64,000 nt of DNA from Blepharisma stoltei ATCC 30299 (GCA_965603825.1 CBFDEM010000028.1:1-64000); one strand, 5' to 3'; shown: positions 1-13,776, numbered from the stretch's first letter. A program made the numbers and translations. Notes: generated from the sequence alone by a model not told the origin.

Positions 1-1450
1 AACACCCTAACACCCTAACACCCTAACACCCTAACACCCTAACACCCTAACACCCTAACACCCTAACACCCTAACCCAAACACCCTAACACCCAACACAA
101 ACACCCTAACACCCTAACACCCTAACCACCCTAACACCCTAACACCCAACACCCTAACACCCTAACACCCTAACACCCTAACACCCTAACACCCTAACAC
201 CCTAACACCCTAACACCCTAACACCCTAACACCCTAACACCCTAACACCCTAACACCCTAACACCCTAACACCCTAACACCCCTAACACCCTAACACCCT
301 AACACCCTAACACCCTAACACCCTAACACCCTAACACCCTAACACCCTAACACCCTAACACCCTAACACCCTAACACCCTAACACCCTAACACCCTAACA
401 CCCTAACACCCTAACACCCTAACACCCTAACACCCTAACACCCTAACACCCTAACACCCTAACACCCTAACACCCCTAACACCCTAACACCCTAACACCC
501 TAACACCCTAACACCCTAACACCCTAACACCCTAACACCCTAACACCCTAACACCCTAACACCTAACACCCTAACACCCTAACACCCTAACACCCTAACA
601 CCCTAACACCCTAACACCCTAACACCCTAACACCCTAACACCCTAACACCCTAACACCCTAACACCCTAACACCCTAACACCCTAACACCCTAACACCCT
701 AACACCCTAACACCCTAACACCTAACACCCTAACACCCTAACACCCTAACACCCTAACACCCTAACACCCTAACACCCTAACACCCTAACACCCTAACAC
801 CCTAACACCCTAACACCCTAACACCCTAACACCCTAACACCCTAACACCCTAACACCCTAACACCCTAACACCCTAACACCCTAACACCCTAACACCCTA
901 ACACCCTAACACCCTAACACCCTAACACCCTAACACCCTAACACCCTAACACCCTAACACCCTAACACCCTAACACCCTAACACCCTAACACCCTAACAC
1001 CCTAACACCCTAACACCCTAACACCCTAACACCCTAACACCCTAACACCCTAACACCCTAACACCCTAACACCCTAACACCCTAACACCTAACACCCTAA
1101 CACCCTAACACCCTAACACCCTAACACCCTAACACCCTAACACCCTAACACCCTAACACCCTAACACCCTAACACCCTAACACCCTAACACCCTAACACC
1201 CTAACACCCTAACACCCTAACACCCTAACACCCTAACACCCTAACACCCTAACACCCTAACACCCTAACACCCTAACACCCTAACACCCTAACACCCTAA
1301 CACCCTAACACCCTAACACCCTAACACCCTAACACCCTAACACCCTAACACCCTAACACCCTAACACCCTAACACCCTAACACCCTAACACCCTAACACC
1401 CTAACACCCTAACACCCTAACACCCTAACACCCTAACACCCTAACACCCT
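1..1450 (+). repeat. Telomere, (CCCTAACA)n, about 180 units
   Basis: Near-perfect 8-nt tandem repeat from base 1 to 1450, C-rich strand at the 5' end; this is the heterotrich (Stentor/Blepharisma) telomere unit. A few imperfect units, mostly distal. Confidence 0.98.
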
Positions 1451-2144
1451 GTATATTATTCTCTGCTGGGGTATAAAAATTGTCTTTACTTACTTTGATG
1501 AATGTAAAGATATATAATGAGTCAAGATTGCTTAATAAGTTTAGAGGTGGATATATCAATTGAAAAATTAATTATATAAATCAAATAAATCATAATTTAT
1601 TTTATGATAAAAGTTTATAGAGCAATCTATTAGTTGAACATAGTTTAATACAAAATAAAAAATTAAGTTTCTTATTTTAACTTAAAGATTAGTTTATCCT
1701 CAATTATGGCTATATATAAATATCACATATTCTTTGTAAGCTTTAGTCTCTCATAATCTAATATACAATTAGCTCTAATTTATCTATAAAATGCCTGTAG
1801 TTATAATTTGTTTTATAAATAGATGAATCAATTCATGTCCATTAGCACTTGCAAGATTTCTTAAGAGGAAAAATATTTTTTCACTTATTTGGGAATATAA
1901 TTTTTAATATTTTTAATGCTTTCTTTTTAATGTAATTTTTTATCTAGTCATTTAGCTATTAAATTGAATTAATATTTAGACACTTCCATAGATGCTTTAC
2001 AATGCTTTATCATAAAACATAATATATCTTTGGAATTTATCTAGCTAATGTTGAGTTGAAAACCCTATATTAATATAAATACATTAAGTACATAAATCTA
2101 TTAGGTGAATTATATAATTTTTATTTCTTAATTCTTCTTTTAAA

Positions 2145-3665
2145 TTAATAATAATCTCTTCCAGCACTGTTCGTTCGAAAGACAAACTTATAGTTTCCTC
2201 TTTGCCCAGTCGAGTAAAACTCTCCTTCTCTCGGCCCTGCAAATTGTTGCGCTTCTCTCCCTCCAAAGGCCCTATTTCCAAAAACTAAACCTCCACTATC
2301 CCCAAAGAACATTCTAAATATTTCTCTCGGATCCACATCAAATTGTGCCCCTTCTGGCATTCCTTGTTCCATTCCTTCCAAATTTCCCCCTAAATCATAT
2401 TGCCGTCTTTTATTTTCATCACTTAAAACCATATATGCTTCTGCAATATCTTTAAATTTTTTCTCTGATTGAGCTTTGTTTTCTGGAGTATCTGAATTTT
2501 TATCAGGATGCCATTTCAATGCTAGTTTTTTATAAGCTTTTTTAATCTCGCCGACACTTGCTTTTTTACTTACCCCTAAAATTGCATAATAATCCTTGTG
2601 CCGTGCTTTCTTTTCGTTAATTTGAGCAAGCTGTATTGCATTGTCAACTTCAGGGTAGCCTGGATCACGTTGTTTAACTTGATAATAGTCTCTTAAGGCT
2701 TCTTCAAAATTCCCGAGTTGTGAGTGAACATTTCCTCTTCTCATATAAGCTTTGGTGTACTCAGGGTTGAGTTGTAATGATTGGTTTAAATCAGCTAGAG
2801 AAAGCATATAATCAGAATTCTTCATATGAGCTGCTGCTCGGTTAGCAAGTATCATGGAATTCAATTTTTTACATTTGGGGTCAATTGACAGTGCTTCTGT
2901 GTAGCAATCAATAGCATATTTTCTTTTCCCTTCTTGGAAATGCTTATTTCCCTCATCTTTCAAATTTTCAATTTTTTTTAATTTTCTGATTATCTCTTTG
3001 GCATTATTATGATCAGGATCGAATTTGATAGCATCATAAATAAACTGTTTTCCTCCATTGGTTTTCCCAGAATACAATAAGGCTTTCCCTTTAAGAAATA
3101 AGATATCGGGATTATTTCCATATGAATTCATTAACTCATTAGCATACCTTTCAGCATGTTCATAGTTTTCTTCTTCTATTAAGCAATCAAGCTTTTGCAA
3201 TTTTAATTCAAGATTCTCAGTGACATGTTCCAAGGCCTTGCTAAGAAAATAAACACTCTGATGATAATCTCCTCGTGCTTTAGATTGCTTCGCGAGCTTC
3301 AGATTTTCGTTCACCTCCTCTATTGCTTTCTGTTCATTTTTAATTTCTAGATTTTCTGGTTCAATAGCTGCTGCATTCCTGCAAAACTCTTGAGAAGCAT
3401 CAAGGTTTCCAAGCATTAAATTAATTTTAGAAGCCCTCAGAAGAGCTTTGGTGAAGTTTGGGTTGTACCTTAAAGCATTGTGGCAATCCCCCAAAGCTTC
3501 TTGGAATTGCTTTAGCATAAAATGAGATGCTGATCTATTGCTATATAATTGTGCATTTTGAGGGGAAATTTGCAATGCTTGGGAGTAATGCTCAATGGCT
3601 TTATGGTAGTCTCCTCTGCGATGAGCATCATTTCCCAATAATCGATATTTTTCAGAAAGATCCAT
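2145..3665 (-). CDS. DNAJC7: DnaJ subfamily C member 7-like co-chaperone (TPR repeats + J domain)
   Basis: 506 aa ORF; multiple TPRs followed by J domain DYYAILGV...LKWHPDKN. Confidence 0.92.
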   Translation of the reverse strand: MDLSEKYRLLGNDAHRRGDYHKAIEHYSQALQISPQNAQLYSNRSASHFMLKQFQEALGDCHNALRYNPNFTKALLRASKINLMLGNLDASQEFCRNAAAIEPENLEIKNEQKAIEEVNENLKLAKQSKARGDYHQSVYFLSKALEHVTENLELKLQKLDCLIEEENYEHAERYANELMNSYGNNPDILFLKGKALLYSGKTNGGKQFIYDAIKFDPDHNNAKEIIRKLKKIENLKDEGNKHFQEGKRKYAIDCYTEALSIDPKCKKLNSMILANRAAAHMKNSDYMLSLADLNQSLQLNPEYTKAYMRRGNVHSQLGNFEEALRDYYQVKQRDPGYPEVDNAIQLAQINEKKARHKDYYAILGVSKKASVGEIKKAYKKLALKWHPDKNSDTPENKAQSEKKFKDIAEAYMVLSDENKRRQYDLGGNLEGMEQGMPEGAQFDVDPREIFRMFFGDSGGLVFGNRAFGGREAQQFAGPREGEFYSTGQRGNYKFVFRTNSAGRDYY

Positions 3666-3860
3666 TTAAATAAATATGGCGAATGGATATTAATTTAATG
3701 CTATATTTAGCATCATATACATTGATTATTATTAGGTTATAAAATACTTAAAGAATTCAAGCTCCTAAGAATAAAGAAACATTAAATCATTTATAAATAT
3801 AAAAAACCTAAGATCAGTAAATATTAATTCGATTATGAATTGTATATTTAAATAACAATA

Positions 3861-5468
3861 TTAATAGCATCGTAGAGTAAAAAGTTCGGGATTCGGAGCA
3901 AGGCAGATCTCGCAACTATTTCTTTCACTAGAATTTTCAAATGTGCATCTAGGGCAAGTCCAATTAGAGTCGTATATAAGTATTTCCAATGGAGTTTCTC
4001 TTTGAGTCGGTGCTTGGATATCAGGAAACCCGTTTTCCATTTCTGTCAAGCATTTAGAAAAGTGATTAGTGACAATTTCGCTGAGCTTAGTAGTATCAAT
4101 CCTGAATTTATTGAACTTTCTATATTGCTCAGCTGAGCTTTGACGTATGTCAAAGAAAGCATCCAATTCAGCATCTGTCTTCTCATCAAGCTTATCCAGA
4201 GAGTGTTCTAGCTCTGCCTGAATGAATTCGAAAAATCTCAATTTGGCTTCGGAATCTAAAAAATAGCCCAGCGGGTATGAGTATCCTAATGATTTCCTTG
4301 ATCTAACGACCAACTCGACTGCTTCGACCAAAAAATCAAAGTTAAACCCGCTTTCTCTTGCCATTTCCTTGATTGATGAAATCTTAGCCTTAATTTTTTT
4401 AAGTTTTTCAACTGCAAATTCATGGGAATTTCTATGAGCTGCGTATCTTTGAAAATAATGATCGAATTTTTGTATATTCTGAGAGGCCTTTGCTTTATTG
4501 GCTTCTTCTTGTAAATAAATTCCAGAAGATTGTTGGGATTCGAATTTATTGCATTTAAAATAGCCCCCAGTTTCTGAGCTATGCTCAGATCAGTTTCCGA
4601 GACACAATCAGCAAAATTCATGAAGGCATTTGCAAGTCATATGCATGCATCCTTGGTTTTTCTGGATTGGAGCCTTGCATTTTGGGCATTTTTTGGTATT
4701 GGCAAGAATTCAGTCTTCTTCGTTTCCTCCTAGCAATTTTTTATGCCACCTTTTCAAGCTTTCGCAGTCCAAAGGGCGATGTCCTTCAGCTTTACAATTG
4801 AAGCACCAAGTCAGTCCACATTTGCAACAGATGTCTTTGTCGTTGTAATTAATAACTCCATAAATACAATCAGGAGCAGGGCATCATTTTAACTGAGTGT
4901 TACTCGAGCAGTAGGACTCAAATAAATGTTTTTTATATTTCGCAAATATTTTTTCATGCAAAAGTTCTTGAAAGAGCTCATAAGGGACAAGTAGTGGGCA
5001 ACTATTCATTGGGCATGAAGTAGTAATTGAAGAAACGCCTTTGGAGATTGATTCTTTTAGGTATTCAGCATAACAGTATGCACAGCATGCATGGCCGCAT
5101 TCTAATGCTCTCATATCAAAACCAATCTTTGGGAGATAGCATAAAATGCAAATTTTAAATGAGTGAGAAGGGATTAATGAATATTCTGATGTAATTGACT
5201 GTAAATCCATCTTATGTCCGCTTTCCAATAGGAATTCAATATCTTTCATCTTTCACTGATATTTGACCAGAAGTCCGATTGATTTTGATATATTTGTTCC
5301 CAAAAGCTCAGATACCTGCTTTATTAGCCTTTTTTGGCTTTTGTTTAATTCCTGCTCACTAATTATTTCGTATTTTTTGGATATTTGTGCTGGGTGGTAT
5401 TTAAAAGTCGGCTGAACCTCAGACTCTTCTTCGTCTGAATCGATTCCCCAGTCGTCTTCTGAAGACAT
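3861..5468 (-). CDS. Ariadne-family RBR E3 ubiquitin ligase with C-terminal RanBP2-type Zn finger (535 aa)
   Basis: One frame when 5 TGA are read as Trp (5253, 4884, 4710, 4608, 4590). Acidic N-terminus, RING1, IBR (KWCPAPDC), RING2 [27 protein letters not shown], Ariadne helix, terminal [14 protein letters not shown]. Confidence 0.9.
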
Positions 5469-5770
5469 ATTCGAATAATAATAAATAGATTAATCATTTT
5501 TTAGAATTGTAACGCTCCTTAATAAAATAGGAATAGTTAAACTGTATTATTTCGAGCATTTTGTTCTATAATTTAAAAATTTTTATAGTTTCATAAAAAT
5601 GCATTTTAATATTTTTATAAAACCTTAAAGAAAAAAATATTTATAGTTAAAAAACCAAAGGATTATAAATTTAAAAAGACTTAGCCTTAAGAAAATGCGA
5701 ACTTTTAAGAGAATAGCAGCATCTTGCTTAAATGTTTTGTCTTTTGAAAATAAATATATCATTAAAATAT

Positions 5771-6253
5771 TTAATCCTCTGTAATTTTTTGCTTCTTTGA
5801 AGGTTCAGGCTCCTTAGAGTCCAGTCTTTTCATGATTTCTTCAATTGTCGGCGGTCTTTTTTTAGGCTTCTTTTGCTTAAGTTCTTTAAGTCTTTGCTCT
5901 ACAGCATCTACAGTGACTTTTTCAACCTTCATTAAGTTTCCATGCATTCGATTGTGCTGTTCAGAATTCAAATGATCAAGCCACGCAAGTGAGTCATTTA
6001 CAGAAAAGTCACAGGGTTTGCAGTAGTATCCCAAATATTTTGAGCTAGATTTGTCTTCAGCTGCGATTTTGCGAATTCCTACCTGATTATCGAGTTTTAT
6101 TTTCGATTCTCTTGCTTCTAATGCCCTTGAGTAGTCAATTGGGACTGGCTTTGCTTTTGTTTCTTCTGGAGGCTTGGATTCAGGAGAATGGGATCTGTCT
6201 GTCTGCTTCCAGTGCCTTCTTCCTTTATCATCATATTGAATTTCGAAGCTCAT
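5771..6253 (-). CDS. ZMAT2: Matrin-type Zn-finger spliceosomal protein Snu23/ZMAT2
   Basis: GYYCKPCDFSVNDSLAWLDHLNSEQHNR matches the ZMAT2/Snu23 finger; followed by coiled coil. Confidence 0.85.
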   Translation of the reverse strand: MSFEIQYDDKGRRHWKQTDRSHSPESKPPEETKAKPVPIDYSRALEARESKIKLDNQVGIRKIAAEDKSSSKYLGYYCKPCDFSVNDSLAWLDHLNSEQHNRMHGNLMKVEKVTVDAVEQRLKELKQKKPKKRPPTIEEIMKRLDSKEPEPSKKQKITED

Positions 6254-7060
6254 AAAATTTAATATTTTGCCGATAATATTGTTAATTGCTTTTATATGCC
6301 AGAAGATACTTCGATATGCTAATTATATATGGGTATCAAAAATAAAATAATTTGTTTTTTGTGGAATGATAATATGTATTAATACAACAGATTATCATAT
6401 TCACTTTAAATAAGCAATTATCATTTTTATAAGTAAAAGCCCTTAACTAGATATGTTAATATGATAAAGAACCAACTGTATTATTCAATGGAAAATTTAT
6501 TAAAATTTCATAATATTATAATGAGCATTATTAAATAAATAGTTGCGATAGAGGCTTTGACAATAGTTCTTCAACTCATTGAATTCTATGTCATATTCTC
6601 AAATATGTCAAGTAAGAAATACAGGTTTTGTGTACTCGTCCAAACCATGCCCTAAACCAACTTTTTTGCATTTGGGCTAAAGGTAGTTATAACAAAGTAT
6701 CCAAACTAGCGCCGGCAGAGCATCTCTCTGGCTAAAATTCAGATTTTACGAGCTTTTGTTATGCTAATCAATATAATCAGCTAAATACTGCCGTTGCGAA
6801 TAGGCGAAGGAGCTCTAGAATAATTCTCCCTTGGTTTGCAAGCAAGCTTTTTGTGCATAAAAATAGGATTTTTTCAGTTTTTCGCTCACTAAACCAAGTG
6901 GGGAGTAAGTTATACCTTGCGAAATGGACAAAAAAGATTAAAAAGCAGTAAATTACTCAGAAAATATAAAATATAACTCAAAATCGTTTAAACAGGCGGC
7001 ATATCAGCGACATAGTGTTATTACCTTTTATAAACAAATTTCAGAATAATCTATGCAAAA

Positions 7061-7510
7061 TTAATTAGGTCTTTGAGCTTGAGAACCTGGACTTGGCTTC
7101 CAAAATTGCCTTTGAAAATCCTTAAATTGGGATAAAGCAACGAAGTTCTTGTAATTCGCCCTCAGACTTGTCAGCTTGCTATTCATCTTTTTACTAAAAA
7201 TTAAAATTCCTTGCAGCAAAGCAAAGCATGCAATACAGGCTACGAAATTGAATATAAAAACCATATATACTTTTTTCTTATCGTCAAGTCCGTCATTATC
7301 CTGACCAGAGTTATCGTTACTGATTTGTAAGAAAGAAATCATCAAGGGCTTTTTATTAGGTTCTTTTGAGATCTTCTCAGAATATTGCAGTGGTTTTATT
7401 TCAGGCTGAGGATGATTACTTTCTTGAGGGTCCATTGGTTTCTGTATAGAATCCTTAGCATTCACAGAGAAAATGAAAAAGGTAATAATAAGTATTAACG
7501 GCATTTTCAT
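7061..7510 (-). CDS. Hypothetical small single-pass membrane protein
   Basis: ATG at 7510 gives signal peptide MKMPLILIITFFIFSVNA; second hydrophobic span VYMVFIFNFVACIACFALLQGILIF. Confidence 0.6.
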   Translation of the reverse strand: MKMPLILIITFFIFSVNAKDSIQKPMDPQESNHPQPEIKPLQYSEKISKEPNKKPLMISFLQISNDNSGQDNDGLDDKKKVYMVFIFNFVACIACFALLQGILIFSKKMNSKLTSLRANYKNFVALSQFKDFQRQFWKPSPGSQAQRPN

Positions 7511-7793
7511 ATTTAATTGATATAACTTAATCTGAAACAATCTTAATATAATAATAATTTTCGAAAATAGTCTTGAAAGCTTAGCTACCTAGAAAAAATT
7601 TACTGCTGGTTTTTAATAAAAACAAGAAGAGATATATAATTTAATTATCAAAAAGACAGTTTCTATAAGCTAAGTTAAACTTTATAATAATCAAAGTAAC
7701 ATTTGCTAAATATGTCTCATTCGAAGATTTCAAGATACTTTTCCTCGCTTGAAGATCAGCATGCATAAAAGCCCTTGCTTGCTACTCTAGATA

Positions 7794-10700
7794 ATGTTTT
7801 TGATCTTAATACCTTTAGTTTCAGCATCCTGCTCACTTGATTGTTTAATGCTCGCTGGTGATGGCTACTGTGACTCTCAATGTGACACTTTAGATTGCAA
7901 CTTTGACAGTCTTGACTGCCCTATTCAATGCTCACCAGGATGCAGTCCCAATATGATAGGAAACGGCATATGTAACAAAGAATGCTATACAAGTTCCTGC
8001 ACTTTTGATAATATTGACTGTATAAACCTCTGCTCTGGTGGCTGTTTACCATCAATGATCGGAGACAAGCAATGCCAGAATGACTGCTTTAATGAAAATT
8101 GTTTATTTGATGCAGGAGACTGCTTTGGACTGTGCAGTCAAAATTGCAGCTTCAGCATGCTTGGAGATGGGGTCTGCCAGCCTCAATGTGCGAATGAAAA
8201 ATGCAATTTCGACAACGATGATTGTACAGATGAAATATGAGTTGACCAACGATCCCTGAGTGGAGATGGAAGCAAAGAAAAACCATTTTCTAGTTTAGAT
8301 TATGCCTTTCTTTATTCATCAATTGTGCCTCACCTCCGAATCATTATGGCTTCAGGGATCTATTATTTAAATTCATCTTTATCTGCTTCAAATTCTCAAT
8401 ACTTAACATTGACAGGAGAAAATTTAGTCCAAATAAGGCCAATAAGCCCTTTGGCATCCATTACATTTTCTAACTATTCTAAAGTGTGAATTGAAAATCT
8501 AACTTATGATGGCTCTGAATTTTGGATTCCAAACTGCAGCAACGATTACTGCATGTTTGCTCAGAACTGGGTCTGCAATCAAAGTTCTTGCCACAACTCT
8601 AATAACGACTCCTTGCCTTCATCTATAGATATTCCGAAGACATTTTCTAATAACCAGTTTTGCTATTCATATGCGCCTTCACTGAGTTTTTTCAATAGTG
8701 AAGTCTACGTCAGCAACTTTGTGGTTCAGAACATTGATAGAGTATTCTCTATTTTCGTGCTCTCAAACTGCATTTCTCATTTTGATAGCTTGCTGGTAAA
8801 GCATGTTCGACTTTTATCCTATTTAATTGATGTTAAAAGCAGTAGCCCTCTAATTTTTTATGCCCCGTTCAAGAATTCTTATCAAGAATTTAATGTGCCT
8901 TTGAATATTAATAAAACTTATTCATTGGTTGAGATGAGGAACTCAAGAATAGAAGACGTGAATAGGATGATTGATTATGGAACTGTGCAGTGCAGTTCAG
9001 ACTTCGTTAGTCCAGGAATTCTGCAAGTATCAAATGTGGATACTATTTATATTTCTAATCTGACTGTTGATAACGTATGAAATAATGATGAGATAACTGA
9101 TAAAAATCCTCAGCCGTTCATCTCGATTTCACAATTCTCAAAAGCTGAAATCAATGATGTGAATGTTACTAGTACCTTTTTTAAAAGCGGCGGATTCTTA
9201 TATTTGTATTTTTCAACAATCCTTGGAATTGATATTAATCGAGAGAATATTATAATAAAAAATATCAATGTAAATGATTCTTTTATTGGGAGTGATGGGG
9301 CCTTGATAGCAGTCAGTTACCGTGAGATTCAGCCTATTGTTTTAATCTCAAGCATCACTATAAACCAAGTTAGTACCTACGGGTGCCCTCTAATTTCCAT
9401 TTCTTTTGATCAAGATACTTTTTGCGGGTCTGATGATGGAAATATCTTAGCTTTGGATGTTTTGCTTCCATTTTATAAAAGAAATATACAAATGAATAAT
9501 GTGAAAATCGAGAATTCAGATACTAAGGCAAGTGCATTGAAATTTCAAAATGTTTCCAATGTTTTCCTATATAACGTCACTATAAATAATTGCCCAAACA
9601 AGCTTAATAACTTATTTGAATCTATCTCATCTTTCCAAAGCTTAACTTCTGTTTTACCTTACTGGGCTTCAAAATCATCAAGCTCTAATATTATTTCCTT
9701 TCAAAACACAAGATCAATTACTCTAAATCAGATAAAAATTGATAACTACGATATTGGGACATCTCCAGTCATTCAATTGCTCGATATAATTGCATCTTTG
9801 AACCTAACAGATATATTTTCCTCAAATGGACTAGCCAGCTCATTTTTAATTTTCCACTCGAACTTTAATCCACATAAAACTTTTAGCAGCATTCAAATAG
9901 AGTCTTCGGCTTTCAGTGATGGAGCCATTATTATTGACTCCAACGTATCTGTAGCTCTTCAATCTATCATACTTTCCAAGGTTTCTGCAAATTCAGGAAT
10001 TTCATCTTCAAACAGTGGTCTAATTGTGACAGATTCGCTATTCTCTAGCTTAAGCACAATTAATTCTGCAGTCCTCTTCAATCCAAAAATTCCAGGCAGC
10101 AGCCTTACAATTTTATTGACAACTTTTACATCAAATAAAGCTCAAAATTCTGCAGACTTATATGTTCAAGGTGATCAAGGAATAGTCTTGACAGTAGACT
10201 CAGCGATTTTCGAGCACAGCCAAGGGCAAGCTTCTTCATCAGTTTTATTTTCACCAACTACCACCCTTATCTCTGGCAGCTTTAATAACTGTATTTTTCA
10301 ACATATGGCTCCTTTTCATTGTAATTTCTAATTAGATCTTGGGGTTTTCGCAAATACTTTTCTCCTTGGCTCAATTAAATTTGTCAACACTCTATTTCAT
10401 AATATCCAGAGCATAGGAAGTGCAGCTCCAGTAATATATGCAGAGGTATCACTCTCAGAAAATGAGCTTGGACAGGTCATAAGTTTTGAGAACTGCAATG
10501 TTACATATAGTTCTTTTCAATATTTCTACATTTACGAGTCCCAGTATATGAGGAATCAGCTCACTATTGAAAAGTCAAGCTTTTATGGTAATACTGGCTC
10601 GATGTTTTCGTTTGAGAATACTGATGCATCAATAACCAATAGTCAATTTTTTAACAACTCAGCCATAAATCAAGAGTTTTGGACTGCCTATGGCTCACGG

Positions 10701-13625
10701 ATAGAAATGAATGCAGTTCGTTTTTATCAAAATTATGCAGACGAATGGAGCAGCTTACTCAGTTTGAACGAAAGAAGCGTCCTGACTGCTTCGAATGTCG
10801 CTTTTAGTCAAAATAATTTCCAGGCTACAAATATAATCATTATGGATAAGAGTTCACTCACTCTTTCCAATTGATCTTTTATACAAAATTCCTGTGACGT
10901 CTGCTTTCAGATTTATCAAAGTTCAAGCCAATTTTCAGGCGGTCAATCAGCTGGAAACGTAGCAAATGCAATAATTTTTGCAGAAAAAAGTGATGCTAAA
11001 CTCATCAATGTTTCATTTAGTTCGGAATATAAATTATTATCGATTTCTGAAAGCACATTGTCAATAAACAATACCACAGGCTCGAATATATCCGGGACTG
11101 CGATTCAAATGTCAGCAATGGCAGCCCAATTCACCAATTTGACTTTATCAAATGTATTTCAAGCTTTTTCTATTTCAAACTCAAATTTTCAAGCTAACCA
11201 ATTATTGATTGAAGAAAATAAAAGCCCATTTGAGATTGGTAATTCCCAAATCACGATTTCAAACTCAACAATATCAAAATCACTGAATGGCTTAATTGTG
11301 CACTCTTCCAATATTACCTTTTCCAGAATCCTTGTTAGTAAAAGCAATACTCCACTGCAACTTGACTCTTCAAATGTCTTTGTTTATGACTCCTCGTTCC
11401 TTTCTAATACAAATACAGCTCTGGTGAGTTTTAACAGCTCACTTATCATTATTTCTTCAATTTTGCAAGAAAACCAAGGAAGCATTGGTGGGGGGCTTTA
11501 TATATCAGACTCAAGAGAAGCAAGGATAGAATCGAGCTCGTTTTTGAATAATCAAGCCTATCATGGTGGAGCAATCTACCATGACCTGACCCCAGTTTCA
11601 ATTTTAAGCTGTGAATTTTATGATAATTCAGCAAAATATGGCAGGAATTTTGCATCATTTCCAAAAAGAATTGTGCTTGAGTCGGCAGATCTGATAAATA
11701 TCACCAGTGGAAGTACAATTCCGAACATAACATTTGTGTTTCTAGATATTTATAACCAAACTGCGTCAACAGATTCTTTGTCTTCGGTTTCAATCCAGGC
11801 TCTTTCAAACGAGACTGTTATAGGAGGAACTTCCAAAGTCTATGGAAAAGATGGAAAATTCGAATTCGAAGAGCTGAGGTTCTATCATATGCCTGGTGAA
11901 AACGCTACTTTTGTAATTTCTGCGGATAGTTCTCAAATAGAAAGCCTAGAGTTCAGCATTTCCTTTAGAAACTGCCTAATTGGTGAAATTCATCTACCTG
12001 ATAACTCTTGCAACTTGTGTGAAAACAATACTTACTCCATCAATAGACATGATAAATTTTGCAAATCATGCCCACCAGATGCAGTTTGCCTTGGCGGAAA
12101 AAATGTTTTTCCAAATGCAGGGTACTGAAGATCTGGTGAATTTTCAGAAAACTTTTACTCATGCCCGAACAGCGAAGCCTGCATCGGAAACAAAACTGAC
12201 TACACAGGCGGATGCGCTGAAGGCTACAAAGGAACTCTATGTGCAATATGCGAAAAGCAGTATTTTAAGTCAAATAGCTATATATGCTCTAAGTGTCCTT
12301 CCAAGTTTGTGAGCTTCTTTTTATTTGCTTTGGCTCTTTTAGTTGTGGTTACAATTATTGTTGGACTGGTAGCCTCCAACATAAAGAGTTCTCTAAAAGA
12401 CAAATCTGATTTTGGACTTCTGCTTAAAATGATGATGAGCTATATACAGACAATCATGCTCTTTTCATCTTATTACATGAAGTGGCCCAACATTCTCAGA
12501 TTCTTTTTTGCATTTTCCAATATGGCAGGAAACGCCCCTGCCCAGATGTCGTCTTTGGAATGCTCAGATTCCTCGATAATCCCGTCAATACAGACAACCC
12601 TTCAAGAAGTGATCCAGATCAATTCGCTTCCTTTGGTATTTATGCTGCTTTGTGTAGGATTCTGGGCAGTTTTTTCATGGGTCAAAAAGGAATATTCTTA
12701 TATGAATGCTCATCTTATATGTACAATCATGGTGGTTTTGTTTGTATTTAATTCTTCGCTTACAAACTCGCTGTTTTCTCTTTTTGGGTGCAGGAATATA
12801 GATGGGGAATATTTAATGGCTGATGATTATTCAGTTCAGTGTTGGGTCGGCGACCATTGGCTTATAATTGCAATTGTGGGCTTGCCTGGCATTGGGATTT
12901 GGTGCTTAGGCTTTCCTTTAGTGATGTTTTATATTTTATATAAAAACAGACACTCGCTAGATTCGCCTGACATTCAGCTGAAATATAGGTCATTTTATGG
13001 AGGCTACAAGAGCAGGTTTTACTATTGGGAGCTTTTGATTATATGTAGAAGGATGCTTATTAGAGGAATTGCAGTTATTTTGATCAATTACCCACTGACT
13101 GTCCAAGGATTGGCAGTGATTTTAGTGTTAGGAACCATAGCTTTTCTTCAATTAGGCTTCAAACCTTATGAGAAACCGATAATGAATAGTATGGAGTTTG
13201 CATCAATTTTACTAGCACTTCTCTATATGATTGCTGGACTCCTGATCTCTGCAGGAATAGGAGAAATTCCTGGCCAAATAATTGCATGGCTCGTATTTAT
13301 AGGAAATTGTGTATTTTTTATCTATTGAAGCCTTCTTACTTATAGGGCGCTTGCACACGCTTCAAAGAACATTTCAATTTTAAAGTTCATCTCTAGTAAG
13401 ATGACATCTTTCAAAAAGAAATTCAGCAGCAAGGTGTCTCATTTTACAAATGAGAGCAATGTTTCTGTATCAAGGTTTACATCGTCGTCAGAGTTTCAGT
13501 CCTCAATGAGAAATGATAACATAGAGTTTCCTAAAAATTTTAAAGAACCAATTGTTTCATTTGAAGATGAAGAAGGCTTCGAGGAGCCATCTGTAAACCC
13601 TTGGATAAATGATAATAATGAGTAA
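7794..13625 (+). CDS. Large surface receptor-like protein (~1,938 aa): signal peptide, 4 LNR (Notch) repeats, beta-helix ectodomain, Cys-rich region, 7TM
   Basis: Seven ORF fragments lie in one frame, joined by TGA=Trp (8238, 8487, 9078, 10872, 12126, 13326) and a 15-nt intron at 10321-10335 (GTAATTTCTAATTAG). Motifs: GDGxCxxxCxxxxCxFDxxDC x4, GDGSKEKPF, FxxNxA..GGAIY, GYWRS, CAEGYKGTLCAIC, and a multi-TM C-terminus (FYGGYK..FYYWE). Confidence 0.88.
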
Positions 13626-13776
13626 TTATTTTTTAATTTTAATAGGAGAATATATTTAAAGCTATTCTTATAGAAACTCTGACATAAATCCAGTAAGAAC
13701 CTTGCAATAATGTATTCACTTAGCCTTCAATACATTTTTTAAAAGTTACTATTCAAAAAAAATGGTAAAGAAATAA

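Noticed and set aside
61-150. Variant telomere units (e.g. CCCAAACA, CCCAACA, extra or missing C)
   Set aside because: Single-base indels concentrated at the distal end; cannot be distinguished from read or consensus error.
1-1450. CRISPR-like or satellite array
   Set aside because: No spacers; terminal position and unit identify a telomere. The window is eukaryotic and has no cas genes.
6648-6660. CCCTAAACC as a telomerase RNA template
   Set aside because: Does not match CCCTAACA; I found no 1.5-unit template outside the telomere (the 8-mer at 52852-52859 is inside the DHHC CDS).
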